From a virus (Duplodnaviria; Caudoviricetes): a DNA stretch of 64,000 nucleotides. Below, piece by piece: positions 1-10,582 of the stretch. The DNA is taken from IMG/VR virus record IMGVR_UViG_3300043423_000073, positions 1-64,000 of that record; one strand, written 5' to 3'. The notes under the pieces were generated by a model that had not been told where the DNA came from, made no database searches, and was given only the letters and a program-made list of their open reading frames with translations. The position numbers and the translations under genes were made by a program. The number at the start of each line of letters is the position of its first letter. Within the stretch, counting starts at the first letter, position 1.

Positions 1-149
1 AGCCTTAGCTGCTCTGCGCCTCTTTCGGTCACATTGACTCGAAACGATAACACCGTCATTGTTCTCAGTGTGCGCAAAGTCCTTACCTTAGACGACGGGA
101 ACTTCAAGAAGGTTGTTCTCGTCTTCACACCCAGCGGGGAAATTACCCA

Positions 150-422
150 ATGTCAGTACAGTATGAGCTGGATGCAGCAGGCGACTTAACCTACGCCTCA
201 ATACGAGTTGAGCAACGCCTCTTGCTAAAACGACCTGATCTCCACGCAGTCCTTTTAGGCTACAGCTTTTCGGAGAACATGCGCCTCAGCAAGGAGGAGG
301 CCGTGCCACTGCTTCGTGCCTTGTGTGTGCAGGTTTACGACCTCGGCGGTATAAACGTGCAAATCGTTAACGACGAGCAAGCAACTATTGAGATTGGAGA
401 AGCACAATGCACGCTCCATTAA
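150..422 (+). CDS. hypothetical protein
   Basis: 90-aa ORF overlapping the start of the downstream exonuclease gene. Confidence 0.55.
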   Translation: MSVQYELDAAGDLTYASIRVEQRLLLKRPDLHAVLLGYSFSENMRLSKEEAVPLLRALCVQVYDLGGINVQIVNDEQATIEIGEAQCTLH

Positions 423-1288
423 AGGTGTTTGCGGTAGACGGCAACTGGTACTTGCACCGTGTGTTCCATACCTCGCAGCACGGCTACGACAACTTGCCGA
501 GTCGTTTTCTCAGTCTTATCTGCCGTGATGCGTTAGACGCTCGTTGCACAACCATTCTCGTGGCGTTTGACGGCGCTAGGGTGTTTCGACACAAACTCCT
601 CTCTACCTATAAGGGCAGTAGAAGGAAAGACAAGGAAGAGCGCCTAATACCTGACGGCGCAGTTGAGGAAGGTAGTCCCTACCTGTTGCTACCCGCGCTG
701 CTAGCGTATCTAGGCGAGCACGGCATACCTAACGTGCAGCATGACCTGTATGAGGCCGATGACGTTTTGGCCTCAGTTGCGGCACAGACCAAGGGTGCGG
801 CGGTGTTGGGTTCTAAAGACAAGGACATTTACCAATGCCTAGGCAACGGCACGTTGCAGTTCGATAGCTCAGGTAAGAAAAACGGTGAGCGCTGTCCTAT
901 CGTCATTGACGCACTAGCCGTGGAGAAAAAGCTGGGCGTTAAAGCAAGTCAGGCAGTGGACTACCAGACGCTAATAGGTGATGGGATAGACGACGTTCCT
1001 CGCATAATGTCGCCAGCTAAGGCGTCTTTAGGCCTTAAGACTTACGGCACCATACAGGAGTGGGCAGCAGCAGATGAAGAAGTGCGAAAGCTCTTTAAGG
1101 CAAGGCGGGCAGAGCTTAATCTGAACAGAAAGCTGGTTAGGCTTGTGACAGACATCAAGATCTCACTCAGCCCGATACGATGGGCGGTGCCTAGTGGAAA
1201 AACACCAAAGGCTTATATTGCCTTGCGCGATTTTTGTAACCCAAAGACTAAAGGCCTCTTTGGCGGGGTTACTCGGCAGCAACGTTAA
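407..1288 (+). CDS. 5'-3' exonuclease / flap endonuclease (PIN-FEN, T4 RNase H / Pol I N-terminal-like)
   Basis: VDGN, VAFDG...FRH...YKG.R, YEADDVL, SKDKD..Q and LIGD..D motifs. Confidence 0.9.
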   Translation: MHAPLKVFAVDGNWYLHRVFHTSQHGYDNLPSRFLSLICRDALDARCTTILVAFDGARVFRHKLLSTYKGSRRKDKEERLIPDGAVEEGSPYLLLPALLAYLGEHGIPNVQHDLYEADDVLASVAAQTKGAAVLGSKDKDIYQCLGNGTLQFDSSGKKNGERCPIVIDALAVEKKLGVKASQAVDYQTLIGDGIDDVPRIMSPAKASLGLKTYGTIQEWAAADEEVRKLFKARRAELNLNRKLVRLVTDIKISLSPIRWAVPSGKTPKAYIALRDFCNPKTKGLFGGVTRQQR

Positions 1289-1300
1289 CAGGAGATAAAA

Positions 1301-1558
1301 ATGTTCACTATCTACACAAAATCAAACTGCCCTAACTGCGAGACTGCGAAAAAGCTATTGCAGACACAGAGCAAGGCGTATGAAGAGAAGTCAATGGACG
1401 ACTTAGGCGTGAGAGAACTGTTTGTGCAACAGTACCCAGAGCTTCGGCAAATGCCACAAATCTTTTACGGCGAGGTGCGCCTAGGTGGGTTAGCAGGACT
1501 TCAAGCCTTTCTCGGTTCGCACTTTCTGTTTCAGCCAAATGGCTTTGGTAGAGCTTAG
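1301..1558 (+). CDS. glutaredoxin
   Basis: IYTKSNCPNC...AK, MPQIF, LGG; RBS AGGAG. Confidence 0.9.
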   Translation: MFTIYTKSNCPNCETAKKLLQTQSKAYEEKSMDDLGVRELFVQQYPELRQMPQIFYGEVRLGGLAGLQAFLGSHFLFQPNGFGRA

Positions 1559-1586
1559 GCTGCGTTGAGCTAGTTGGATTGAGTGC

Positions 1587-1644
1587 GTTGAAGCGAAAGA
1601 AGGGCAGGTAACTTCATTGTTACCTGCCCTTCTTTCGCTTCAAC
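1587..1644. terminator. 26-bp perfect inverted repeat with 6-nt loop at a convergent junction; probable bidirectional terminator
   Basis: GTTGAAGCGAAAGAAGGGCAGGTAAC-TTCATT-GTTACCTGCCCTTCTTTCGCTTCAAC. Confidence 0.75.
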
Positions 1645-1645
1645 C

Positions 1646-1939
1646 TCATTTTGTTTGCTGCGCCTCAACTCTAATCGCGTTGTTCCAGCAACCGTACCTC
1701 GGGTTGTACCAGAAGTAGGTTGAGCAGAACCGCACCGTGCACATGCGCTAACATTGTGCCTAATGCGCTTGCTCATGTTCCACTAACGCCACGTCGTCAA
1801 GGCGAGTAGGCAGTAGGTAAATACCAAAGGGCGGCAAGGTGACTCCTCTGTACCCAGTGGTTTCCAGAAACCAGCGAACAAGATGGCAGGCTGGTTTAGG
1901 TTTCAGTTCGCAAAGCGGTAACTTAGGAGTAACAGTCAT
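1646..1939 (-). pseudogene. decayed small HExxH protein gene with two in-frame TAG stops
   Basis: Reads ...GVTLPPFGIY...HEQAH*AQC*RM...F..TYFWY..RYG..NNAIRVEA; the family pattern continues in frame past the stops at 1760-1762 and 1748-1750. Confidence 0.6.
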
Positions 1940-2048
1940 TGCATAACGCAGCAAGCAGGAAAAGACGAGGAGTCCCACTGGAAATCTGCGCGAGACGGTT
2001 AGGCGACAGTCAGTGTTTGAGGAATCGGCCTGGCGACGAGCAGCACGT

Positions 2049-2231
2049 CTAAAATCCAATCCAAGAACAGGCCAGCCCGATCAACCCACCGGCCAGCGTT
2101 GCAAAGAAGTCCCAAACATCCAAAACCCCGCGCCCGGTTGCGCCGTCGTAAACCTCTTTGATCGCACCAACAATCAACACAGCCAAGATGCCTGCAGTGG
2201 CACCGCGCAGTGCGCCAAGCAGTTTGTCCAT
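2049..2231 (-). CDS. small membrane protein (GxxKExxD...DxxDxxATxxGG type)
   Basis: Hydrophobic segments; GAIKEVYD...DVWDFFATLAGG. Confidence 0.55.
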   Translation of the reverse strand: MDKLLGALRGATAGILAVLIVGAIKEVYDGATGRGVLDVWDFFATLAGGLIGLACSWIGF

Positions 2232-2256
2232 TTTTTCAGATCTCCAGTTGATTCAA

Positions 2257-5200
2257 TTAAATCGCCACCCAGCTATAAGTACCGCCCGCCAACTTGCAGA
2301 CGTAATACTCAATTGCCGTTGGGTCACCGTTAGCATCATCAGTAATTTTCATAAACGTACGCCCAACCTGCGTTGAATCAGCCTGTGGCAGTGTGTTTCC
2401 GCAGTGTTTTAATTGGTTTTCACCAACACCGCGCATTTGATTACCATCGTAGTAAAAATCTTGTTGATGAACTGCCATCACACCCTTTAAACCACCAATA
2501 ACCGTGTTGTCCATGAACTTGTTGCCGTACTGTTTGACATCACCATAATAGCTTTCAAATCGTGCAACAGCCCCATCCGTAAGCGGCAACTCAGCACAGT
2601 CAATGAAAGTATTGTTCTCGACGATGTTGTGGTACGCCAAGCAGTCATAGGTAGACAACATTTTTCCGCCAGCAACGTTTATGCCGTTTGCGCACCCAAC
2701 AGCCTTGTTTTTTGACACGTCGAAGCCAAAGACATTGAGATAAATAGAAAATGCAGTAGCGTAGTTGTATGCCGGACCGTTGCCGACAGACCCGCTAACC
2801 TTGTTATAAGTAACCTCAAAATCGAAGAATCCAGACTGTACGCCGCACTTTCCACCAATCTCAATTTTTGAGGCTGGCGTTCTAACGTCAATTGTGAACG
2901 CATTAGTAGTTGAGTTTGCTGCAATAATCTTGCAATACGTACCCTCTCTGCCTGTGCCCTCACCAAGGGTGAAATAAAATGATGCCCAATCGGTTCTGAG
3001 TGATACTGGGCAGTTTACGTTTGCTGTTGTGCCATCGTGATATTTCATATCTGCGACAACGACAAGTCGACCCTGAGCATCATTTGATGCGCTTGTGATG
3101 ACTCCGTTGCATATCACCGGGCACAATTCGGGGTTGTTACCAAATCCGTCAAAAGCAATTCCCTCTTCAAGTACTGCCACGCATTCATTGTGCCGAACAA
3201 CACCACCCTTGACAGGACGCTGGCGGTCGCTTCCAAAAAAGATGCCTGTTACGCCATCATGCGTTTTGTTGTGCTCCACAGCAATGCTGTGGTCGTCGGT
3301 TATCGGACTGGAAATTCTGACGTGGTGCCAAACATTTGCTTGGCGAGACCTGTTGAACGTATTGCCAATTAATTTCAAGTCCCTGTATCCATTAATATGC
3401 AAACCCATGTAAAGTTCGCCAGCATAATCGAAATCACAATACTGGATGTCGTAATCTTTAGTTCCGGTGGCGACAAGGTAGGTTGAGCCGTTTGTCAGTC
3501 CTGCGTCCGTTTTTACACGCAGGCGGTTAAAGTCTGTTTTTTCTGGTGCGTCGAAACCACCAATCATAAAATTGTGCAACGTTATATGGCTTGCTGCCAT
3601 AACGTTCATCTCCCTCAATCCGCCTACGGCTTTAATTTTGCTCAAATCCATACCGTCACCGACAAACCGGATGGATTGAAAATCATTACCAGCACCACCC
3701 AACAAAGACGTTCCGGCTGGGATGTAGACATCGTAAGGCCCCCTGCTGCTTTGAAAAACATTATAAGCATTCGATGAATTTTTAAATGCATGCGTAATCC
3801 ACTTCGCAAGTTTGTACGCTTGTGTGTCTTCAGTCACCCCGTCTACCAACCCACCAATGTTTTTAATGTTAATCGACCTTTGCGTGGGGTGTACGTCAAT
3901 AAGCATGTTATCTTCACGCGAATAACCATAATGATTACTCGCGATCACGGGCTGATAAGGAAAATAACCGTTATTAGTTGTCCCGTAGTCGTAGCACGTT
4001 GCCACTAGCAGCCACTCCCCCGGGGGGATTTGGTCGAGGCCATAAACAACGGCCAGTTGCCCGGCAAGACTGCAATACAGCTTGCCTACGTTGTTGTTGT
4101 TGATGTCTGGGTGTGTTGTTGTGCGGTCAATAACAAAATTGTCGCCAGCCGTTACGTTGACAATTATTTCTTTGGAGTCATTGTATTTGCCGATGATTCT
4201 CGTATTTGGCTGAACCCGGACAACTACCTGATTTGTGTTGCCGTTGCTTGCCGGGTAAATAAAACCCGACACCACTTCGCCGAGAACAGTTTGTGGTTTT
4301 GTAAAATCAACAATAACATCTTTAACCCATGCTGAGCCTGTGTAACGTAGATGGGCAATCTCATTACCGACAATCAAATTCCCAAAATTGGTGTACGTGC
4401 CGGGTGTGCGGGCAACGTAGTAATTGTTGGTTGCCACTTCTGGAACTGTCGATGCGGTGGCAACACCCATGTAGCGCTGAAACCCCGCACTCGGATAGCG
4501 AGCAACCTCCACCGCCGCTCCGGCGTCGTTGCGGTAGCGGATGATTTCACCGCCAACAACAACTTGGAATTGCTGACCGTTGGTAGTTGCTGCAAGACCA
4601 GCGGTCGTGGTGTCGTAGACGTTTGCGTTGACGAAAGCGGCATCGCGGGCGGCCTCAGCGGCAGTTTTTGCAGTGCTGGCCGTAGTAGCTTGTGCAGTTG
4701 CGATGTCTGCTTGCGCAGTTGCAGTGGCCGCAGCCGACCCTGCCAACGCAAGTTTGTCGCTCCAATTCTCTCGGATGTCGTCAGCCTCTGCTTCGGCTGC
4801 TGCTGCGCTTGCTGCGCTGTTGGTCTCGCTAATCCCTGCTGCCGTTGCACTTGCGGCAGCCTCAGTTGCTCTTGTGGTTGCGGTTGTAGCACTTGCCGCA
4901 GCAGCGTCCGCAGAAGTAACTGCTTCTGCCGCCTTTGTGGTTGCAACTCCTGCCTGAGTGGCGGCATTTGTTGCGTGTGTAGCCGCAGTCGCTGCCGAAC
5001 CTGCGGCACTTGTCGAACTTGTTAACGCCTCACTTGCCTTGGTGGTTGCGGTATTGGCGCCGGCTGTAGAAGTTGCGGCACTTGTTGCGGCTTCGTCAGA
5101 TTTCGTGGCGGCAATGCCAGCCTGCGTTGTGGCAGTCGTTGCGTGTGAGGCAGCTTCACCAGCCTTGGTCGTGGCAATGCCAGCCTGCGTCGTGGCAGTT

Positions 5201-5550
5201 GTCGCACTTGTAGATGCCACAGTAGCCGAGTTTTGTGCCGCCAATGCACTAGCGGTGGCAGATGCGACAGACGCGGCAACGTCCGCAACCTGTTCGCCCG
5301 CGTCAAGAAACTGAACACGCATAGTGGTGTCCCTGCCACCACCCACGACACGCAGATCGTACTCCCCGTCAGGTGCAGCAAAGGAAAGCTGGCCGGAGGT
5401 GCTGCCAGTGAAGGGATTAGTGCGTGCAGTTCCGTCAGCTGACTGCAGACCAGTGACCAAGGTCTGCGTACCTACCTGATAGAGGTAAGCAACTGGGTTT
5501 CGTAGTGCGTTGCCTTGCAGGTCCAGCGCAAAAAAGTTTTTAAGCTCCAT
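2257..5550 (-). CDS. tailspike/tail fibre with Ala/Thr-rich coiled stalk and C-terminal beta-helix (pectate lyase-like) receptor-binding/depolymerase domain
   Basis: MELKNFFALDLQGN...NPF...FAAPDGEYDL N-terminal anchor; ATTQAGIATTKA repeats; Asn/Gly-rich beta-helix repeats; start at MELKN with RBS AAGGAG. Confidence 0.8.
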   Translation of the reverse strand: MELKNFFALDLQGNALRNPVAYLYQVGTQTLVTGLQSADGTARTNPFTGSTSGQLSFAAPDGEYDLRVVGGGRDTTMRVQFLDAGEQVADVAASVASATASALAAQNSATVASTSATTATTQAGIATTKAGEAASHATTATTQAGIAATKSDEAATSAATSTAGANTATTKASEALTSSTSAAGSAATAATHATNAATQAGVATTKAAEAVTSADAAAASATTATTRATEAAASATAAGISETNSAASAAAAEAEADDIRENWSDKLALAGSAAATATAQADIATAQATTASTAKTAAEAARDAAFVNANVYDTTTAGLAATTNGQQFQVVVGGEIIRYRNDAGAAVEVARYPSAGFQRYMGVATASTVPEVATNNYYVARTPGTYTNFGNLIVGNEIAHLRYTGSAWVKDVIVDFTKPQTVLGEVVSGFIYPASNGNTNQVVVRVQPNTRIIGKYNDSKEIIVNVTAGDNFVIDRTTTHPDINNNNVGKLYCSLAGQLAVVYGLDQIPPGEWLLVATCYDYGTTNNGYFPYQPVIASNHYGYSREDNMLIDVHPTQRSINIKNIGGLVDGVTEDTQAYKLAKWITHAFKNSSNAYNVFQSSRGPYDVYIPAGTSLLGGAGNDFQSIRFVGDGMDLSKIKAVGGLREMNVMAASHITLHNFMIGGFDAPEKTDFNRLRVKTDAGLTNGSTYLVATGTKDYDIQYCDFDYAGELYMGLHINGYRDLKLIGNTFNRSRQANVWHHVRISSPITDDHSIAVEHNKTHDGVTGIFFGSDRQRPVKGGVVRHNECVAVLEEGIAFDGFGNNPELCPVICNGVITSASNDAQGRLVVVADMKYHDGTTANVNCPVSLRTDWASFYFTLGEGTGREGTYCKIIAANSTTNAFTIDVRTPASKIEIGGKCGVQSGFFDFEVTYNKVSGSVGNGPAYNYATAFSIYLNVFGFDVSKNKAVGCANGINVAGGKMLSTYDCLAYHNIVENNTFIDCAELPLTDGAVARFESYYGDVKQYGNKFMDNTVIGGLKGVMAVHQQDFYYDGNQMRGVGENQLKHCGNTLPQADSTQVGRTFMKITDDANGDPTAIEYYVCKLAGGTYSWVAI

Positions 5551-5560
5551 TAAGTGCTCC

Positions 5561-8500
5561 TTAGAATTGAGAAGATGCAATGACGAGATCGTTAAGGCCT
5601 GTCAGCAGCGTCTTGGTTGCTGCTTCATCTAGCTTACCGCCTGCGCGCTCAAGATCAGTGCGAATAGCCGCCACCAACGCAACCTGACTAATGTTTTGGT
5701 TGCCGATTGCTGCTACGATAGCGGCAAGAATAGCTTGGCCGTCGTTTTCGTCCAGAATCGCCGCTTGCACGGCGTTCGCAATGGCCGTGCGTTCGGCGGT
5801 AGTCAGCGCGTAGCCTGTCTTGTCGCTTACCACCTGGGCAATGGAGTTGACATTGCTACCAGTGAAGGTTATTGAGTCTGTCTTCGCTTTGACGGCCGCG
5901 GTGTCAGCCTTCACAGCGTCGATTTTGACCTCGTTTGCGTTGACCTCGCCCACGATGGCGGTTTGCGCCGAGGTTACGTTGGCGGCTGTTGCCAAGTTTG
6001 CTAGATCGGCTTGCTTTGTTAAGGTGGATGCAAGCATCTCAGGCAAGGTCGGCAGCACATCCAGCATGCCCCCGGTGCGCTCGATATCGGCGCGAATAGC
6101 GGCAACTGTCGGCGGCGCGGTGTACCCTGCCGTTGCAAGGCGGCTTGATACAGCTGCGTCCAAGTTGTTGAGCCGCGTGTCAGTTGTGAGCAGCGGATTG
6201 GTCGGAATGGCCGTAACGCTTGCCTGTGTTGCACGGCTTGAAACAGTCGTGTCGAGGTTTGTCAAGCGGGTACTGTTGGCGTCCATCTCTTGACGAATCT
6301 GCACCACGGTCGGCGCGGCTGTGTAGGAAGCTGAGGCCAAGCGGGTACTCACTGCCACATCCAAGCGACCAAGCTCTGTTGCAAGCTCTGTGCGCACTTG
6401 CGGCGCGGTGAGCGTGCTGCGCGTGCTGACGGCTGCGTCCAAGTTGTTCAGGCGCGTGTCAGTCGTGAGAAGCGGATTCGTCGGGATGGCGTTCACGCTC
6501 GTTTGGCTTGCCCGTGTTTGCACGCTTGCCTCCAATGCCAGCCCTGCCAAGTCAGCCGGGACAACTGCGTCATAAGCGGTCAGCGCGGCAGCGGCAGCGG
6601 CTTGGGTTTGCGTGCTGTTGAGCGGTGCAGGCAGTGCGGCGATAAGTCCCTGTGTCGCGTCATGCTCGGTTTGGTTGGTTGATGCCAGCGCGGTCAGTGT
6701 GGCCTCTTTCGCCAACACGGTCGAGGCTTCAATCTGTGCCAGTGTAGGCCGCGCCAAAACGCTCGCTTCCTGCGCTACCCACGATGGCACATCGGCTTCC
6801 TGTTGCGTCCACAATGCCACACCCAAAACCACGCCGCTGCTGTTCTTCTTCACGGGCGTATAGGTCGGGTCGATGGTGTAAACGCCGGGGTCAACCATGA
6901 CGTACAGGGGCACGTAGATGCCCATGTCGGTGTCTTCTGTCACTGCGTCCGACACTTTGCCGTAAAAGCCGGGGCTGCGAATGATGAAGCCCCCACGAAT
7001 CAAGGCGAAGCCGTCCACGCTGTTTGCGCTCAGGGCTGCGAGCGCAATCAAACTGCCCGAGTTCACGGTAAAGTAGTGCAGCGCGTTCAGCACGTCAGCG
7101 GGGGCGTATGGGCGCATGTCAAAAGCCACGCTCAAAAATAAGCGGCTTTGAGCATCAACACCCACGGCAAAACCTGCGGCGATGGTGTTGCGCGTGGTGC
7201 TGCTCAGGGTCGTGTCCACGTTCACTTCGGGCAAGAGCGAAAGCACGTAATCCGAGGCCGTGTTGCCCGTGACGTTGACGATCTTGGGTTGATAGCCGTA
7301 AGCATGGGCGTAGATTCGCACCACGGTGCTAGGCTGCACTTTGATCGTTCGGGCCGTGTTGCCAGTCACCCAGCCTTGGGGCGTACCGTTAATCAGAATC
7401 TCGGTAGACAGTGGCAGGTTGTCGGCGGTGCGGACCGTGACGAGGGTGCCCGTGCTGTCGGTTGCCGTGCCAGTGATTGAGCCGGTGCCGGTGATCGTGC
7501 CCGTGGTGGTCACGCTGCCCGTGATAACGCTGTTGCGCACCACGTTCCATGCGCCTGTGTTCAGGGTATCAGCGGTCAGAAGCCAAGTGTCTTCACTGTC
7601 AAAGTTGGCAGTTAGGCTGATCCAGTTGCGGTAAGCCGCCCAAATTTCGGCAGTCGTGCGCGGCTCGGTGATGGTGGCAGTCCCGCCTGTGGTTCCCGAT
7701 GCTGCAAAGGCAATGCCGGTCAGTGCAGCGGCTTGCGCTTGCGTGAGCGTCAAGCCAGCAACATCAAGCATCTGCACTTCCTCGCTGTATCCCGCGCTCA
7801 TGTTGACGCTGTGTTGATACAGGACGCGGCTTGAAAATAGCGTTTCACCGGCAGTGCGGCGGTTGAATGATCGGGCTTTGGCCGTCCAGTTGAAGCGCTC
7901 CAAGTTCGTTCCGCTGGTGCCTTCGCGATAGGCATCCAGCAAATTAAGCGCGGTGTACGTGCCCTGAGCGTCAGCCGTGGCTGTCAACACTCCGTTAGGC
8001 GCTGTCCAAGTCGGCGCACCGTTGACCGATTGCCGGGCGCGAGTGAATCGCACGTTTACACCAGTAACAGCAGCAAGACCCGCTCGGAATCGGTTTAAAT
8101 AGCTATATTGCAGATTAAGTCTGCTTTCGGCCAACTGTTGCGCAAAACTTACTGTACCGTTCCAGCAGTTATTTAGAAATGTTGGATTATTAAGTGTAAC
8201 TTGTGCCGACCGAAAAGCAGAATCAAACGCGGATGGAGCAGCACGATAATAAGTTGGTCTATTATGAGTAATAATGTTATTCGCATTTATTTCACTCTCA
8301 AGACCCAGGCTTTCAAAATAACCATCGTTGTAAGTGGATGAAAACTGCTGGGCACGAGCCAAGTTAAAGAAGCGAATGTTTGAAACGCTGCTGATTGTGG
8401 CGCGACCAAAGTACACCTTCAAGTTTGCGCCTCCGCTTTGCGAACCGTAGAAGTCCAAGCCGTCAATAATGACCTTTGCGGGTGTTGAACCAGCTTGAAT

Positions 8501-8923
8501 GTTCGGGTAGTCGTGTCTCACAGCCGTGTTGTAAACGATTCGCGGGTTAGGGTCGTTCGGGCGCTCACGACGAGCAAGCAGGGTTGATCCTGTTTCAAAG
8601 TCGCAGGCGTTATCAATCCTCGAAGTAGTTGTGCTGATAAGAAGTGTCGATCGGTAGTCGTGTGTCACACCGCCATCGCCTGGGTTAAGGAATGATGTTC
8701 CACGAATATCAATCAAACTGTCGGGGTCGATACGAATGAAACTCCCAGCAAAACGAACTTCAACGTCTTGAAGCACGCCAAGCGTACCGTTTCTGTAAGC
8801 CCTCCCACCATTTACAGCTTGCACGATAGAAATACCTGCCAGCAGTGAATCCGGGCTTGCCTCAGTGCCGCCCGTGCTTGTCAGTACGCCGGGTGTAGTG
8901 GTGTTGTTGTAACTCCATGCCAT
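5561..8923 (-). CDS. large tail/adsorption-associated structural protein with internal LDAAVSSR repeats
   Basis: Duplicated IPTNPLLTTDTRLNNLDAAVS(T/S)R; Thr/Gly-rich; start MAWSY after GGAGGG. Confidence 0.65.
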   Translation of the reverse strand: MAWSYNNTTTPGVLTSTGGTEASPDSLLAGISIVQAVNGGRAYRNGTLGVLQDVEVRFAGSFIRIDPDSLIDIRGTSFLNPGDGGVTHDYRSTLLISTTTSRIDNACDFETGSTLLARRERPNDPNPRIVYNTAVRHDYPNIQAGSTPAKVIIDGLDFYGSQSGGANLKVYFGRATISSVSNIRFFNLARAQQFSSTYNDGYFESLGLESEINANNIITHNRPTYYRAAPSAFDSAFRSAQVTLNNPTFLNNCWNGTVSFAQQLAESRLNLQYSYLNRFRAGLAAVTGVNVRFTRARQSVNGAPTWTAPNGVLTATADAQGTYTALNLLDAYREGTSGTNLERFNWTAKARSFNRRTAGETLFSSRVLYQHSVNMSAGYSEEVQMLDVAGLTLTQAQAAALTGIAFAASGTTGGTATITEPRTTAEIWAAYRNWISLTANFDSEDTWLLTADTLNTGAWNVVRNSVITGSVTTTGTITGTGSITGTATDSTGTLVTVRTADNLPLSTEILINGTPQGWVTGNTARTIKVQPSTVVRIYAHAYGYQPKIVNVTGNTASDYVLSLLPEVNVDTTLSSTTRNTIAAGFAVGVDAQSRLFLSVAFDMRPYAPADVLNALHYFTVNSGSLIALAALSANSVDGFALIRGGFIIRSPGFYGKVSDAVTEDTDMGIYVPLYVMVDPGVYTIDPTYTPVKKNSSGVVLGVALWTQQEADVPSWVAQEASVLARPTLAQIEASTVLAKEATLTALASTNQTEHDATQGLIAALPAPLNSTQTQAAAAAALTAYDAVVPADLAGLALEASVQTRASQTSVNAIPTNPLLTTDTRLNNLDAAVSTRSTLTAPQVRTELATELGRLDVAVSTRLASASYTAAPTVVQIRQEMDANSTRLTNLDTTVSSRATQASVTAIPTNPLLTTDTRLNNLDAAVSSRLATAGYTAPPTVAAIRADIERTGGMLDVLPTLPEMLASTLTKQADLANLATAANVTSAQTAIVGEVNANEVKIDAVKADTAAVKAKTDSITFTGSNVNSIAQVVSDKTGYALTTAERTAIANAVQAAILDENDGQAILAAIVAAIGNQNISQVALVAAIRTDLERAGGKLDEAATKTLLTGLNDLVIASSQF

Positions 8924-8924
8924 A

Positions 8925-9095
8925 TCAAGCCCCTCCAATATCGCCGTACACCAGCGAAGCGCGGGCAGCCCATGCGGCTGTTGGCGTGGTTACTGCTGGG
9001 TTGTTGAGCACGCCTGCGTAAGTGATCGTGGTGTCTGTACCGCTTTCAACCACGCGCTGAATCATCCCCTTGCGGGCAGTCGTTATTTTGTTCAT
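8925..9095 (-). CDS. small tail-associated protein (56 aa; not in ORF track)
   Basis: MNKITT...IQRVVESGTDTTITYAG...AWAARASLVY; RBS GAGGT; abuts the next start. Confidence 0.5.
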   Translation of the reverse strand: MNKITTARKGMIQRVVESGTDTTITYAGVLNNPAVTTPTAAWAARASLVYGDIGGA

Positions 9096-9149
9096 GTAAA
9101 CCTCTGTGATCTTGTAGGAGCCGCAGCTCAGCGCATTGACACAACTAAG

Positions 9150-10004
9150 CTAGAAAGAGTAGCTGATACCAGTTAATCGATCGTCCGTGTAGCTTAGTGT
9201 TTTCACCAAGGCCACCCCGGAAGGAACTGACCCAGACAAGGTCACGGTAGTAAGACGGCCTGCTGTGCGACCGAGTGTCTTTGTGATTCCGTTAGCGTAG
9301 GCAATTGAAGTCAGAGAACCTGTGCCATCATAGGAAAACGTGGCGTTCGCCGAGGTCAAATTCTTGGCAACAGTCTCAAAGCTTTGTGCCACCCAGTGGT
9401 TCTCATTAGACGGTGTTACCCGAACCATGAGAGTACCGTTTGTGGCATGAGAAGAGACCACAAAGGCAACTGGCATTTTCAGACCGGCAGTAGGCTCTAC
9501 TTTCACAAGCGCCCCAGCCTGCGTGGTACTTACCCATAACACGTCGCCGTCTAAAAAAGCTGAGGTAGGCAAATGACGAACCTCACCGAACGACACAGCC
9601 TCTCCGTCACCTCCGTCTGCTATCGCAGAGTCGGCAATGCCAAGAATGAATTTGTAGTTTGCGGGGTCGGTGCCGTCCATAGGGGCAGCCGTGATAACGC
9701 CCGATGCGCCTAAGGTACCAACTGCCATGAGCACGGTGCCTTTTGCTATGGAGGCTCCTGTTTGGTTTTTTACCTTGATTGCCACAGTGTAGGCAGTGTC
9801 GGGTACTAAAACCCACCGACCGGCACCAGTTACGGCTGTAGGTTGAATGAAGTAGAGACCATCGTCTGCCTCAGTTGAGGTAGGCGCCCAATCGTAGAAG
9901 CCTACGCCAGGCAGATAGACCTTGTCGGAATCTTGCGCAGTTACTGCGAGTGCCCTAAGCGCGGCGGCACTCGCAACGTCAACTATACCGGTTAGCCGCG
10001 CCAT
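9150..10004 (-). CDS. tail fibre-associated structural protein
   Basis: TGAGRW motif; VKNQTGASIAKGT...GDVLWVS...G.L capsid-cement-like/fibre domain. Confidence 0.6.
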   Translation of the reverse strand: MARLTGIVDVASAAALRALAVTAQDSDKVYLPGVGFYDWAPTSTEADDGLYFIQPTAVTGAGRWVLVPDTAYTVAIKVKNQTGASIAKGTVLMAVGTLGASGVITAAPMDGTDPANYKFILGIADSAIADGGDGEAVSFGEVRHLPTSAFLDGDVLWVSTTQAGALVKVEPTAGLKMPVAFVVSSHATNGTLMVRVTPSNENHWVAQSFETVAKNLTSANATFSYDGTGSLTSIAYANGITKTLGRTAGRLTTVTLSGSVPSGVALVKTLSYTDDRLTGISYSF

Positions 10005-10008
10005 CGTG

Positions 10009-10488
10009 TCAACCGCCGATTTGGAAGACGTTCAGGATCAACGTGCCGGCTACCAGTACATCGCCTGTGTTGTTGGACACACGAACAGCCAGCTTGGCAG
10101 CAGCGCTAGGGCGAACGCGCTCGTAATCGGCCACTACACCTGCGGCGTTGGCTGGCTCACCGGAAACAACTGCAGAAATATACGCCCCGTCGCGCACCAA
10201 GCCAGTGGCGTTCACCTCATAGGTGGTTTCCATGTTGTCAGCCAGAGCAGTGTACGGTACGCTGAACGCGCCGATAAGGTTGATACCTTGGCGCACCCAA
10301 GTGTAGTCAATGGTACCAGTGTCCTGGACAATGATATTCAGGCTGTCATCAGTTGCTACGACAGGAACGTATTTGAAGACGGAGTGGCCAAGATCGGTGA
10401 TCATGACCTGGTCGCCAAGCTGCGGAATGATGGTTGTCAAGGCACGAAGACCTGCGACGGTGTGCGTAGTAATCCCAGTGCGTTTCAT
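10009..10488 (-). CDS. putative structural protein
   Basis: TVAGLRAL...LGD N-terminus similar to the downstream gene; RBS AAAGGA. Confidence 0.55.
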   Translation of the reverse strand: MKRTGITTHTVAGLRALTTIIPQLGDQVMITDLGHSVFKYVPVVATDDSLNIIVQDTGTIDYTWVRQGINLIGAFSVPYTALADNMETTYEVNATGLVRDGAYISAVVSGEPANAAGVVADYERVRPSAAAKLAVRVSNNTGDVLVAGTLILNVFQIGG

Positions 10489-10582
10489 TTTGGGTTTCCT
10501 TTAGAAGGTTTGTTGAGGTTGGGTTTGGGTTTGTTGATTGACCGGGCTTGAACGGGTGGGTTAAGGGTGTGCTAAGGCTGTG

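Noticed and set aside
1646-1939. In-frame TAGs as evidence of stop-codon reassignment
   Set aside because: Long genes are intact under the standard code and TAG ends normal genes (e.g. 1558, 9150). The region has other degenerate substitutions, so a pseudogene is more likely.
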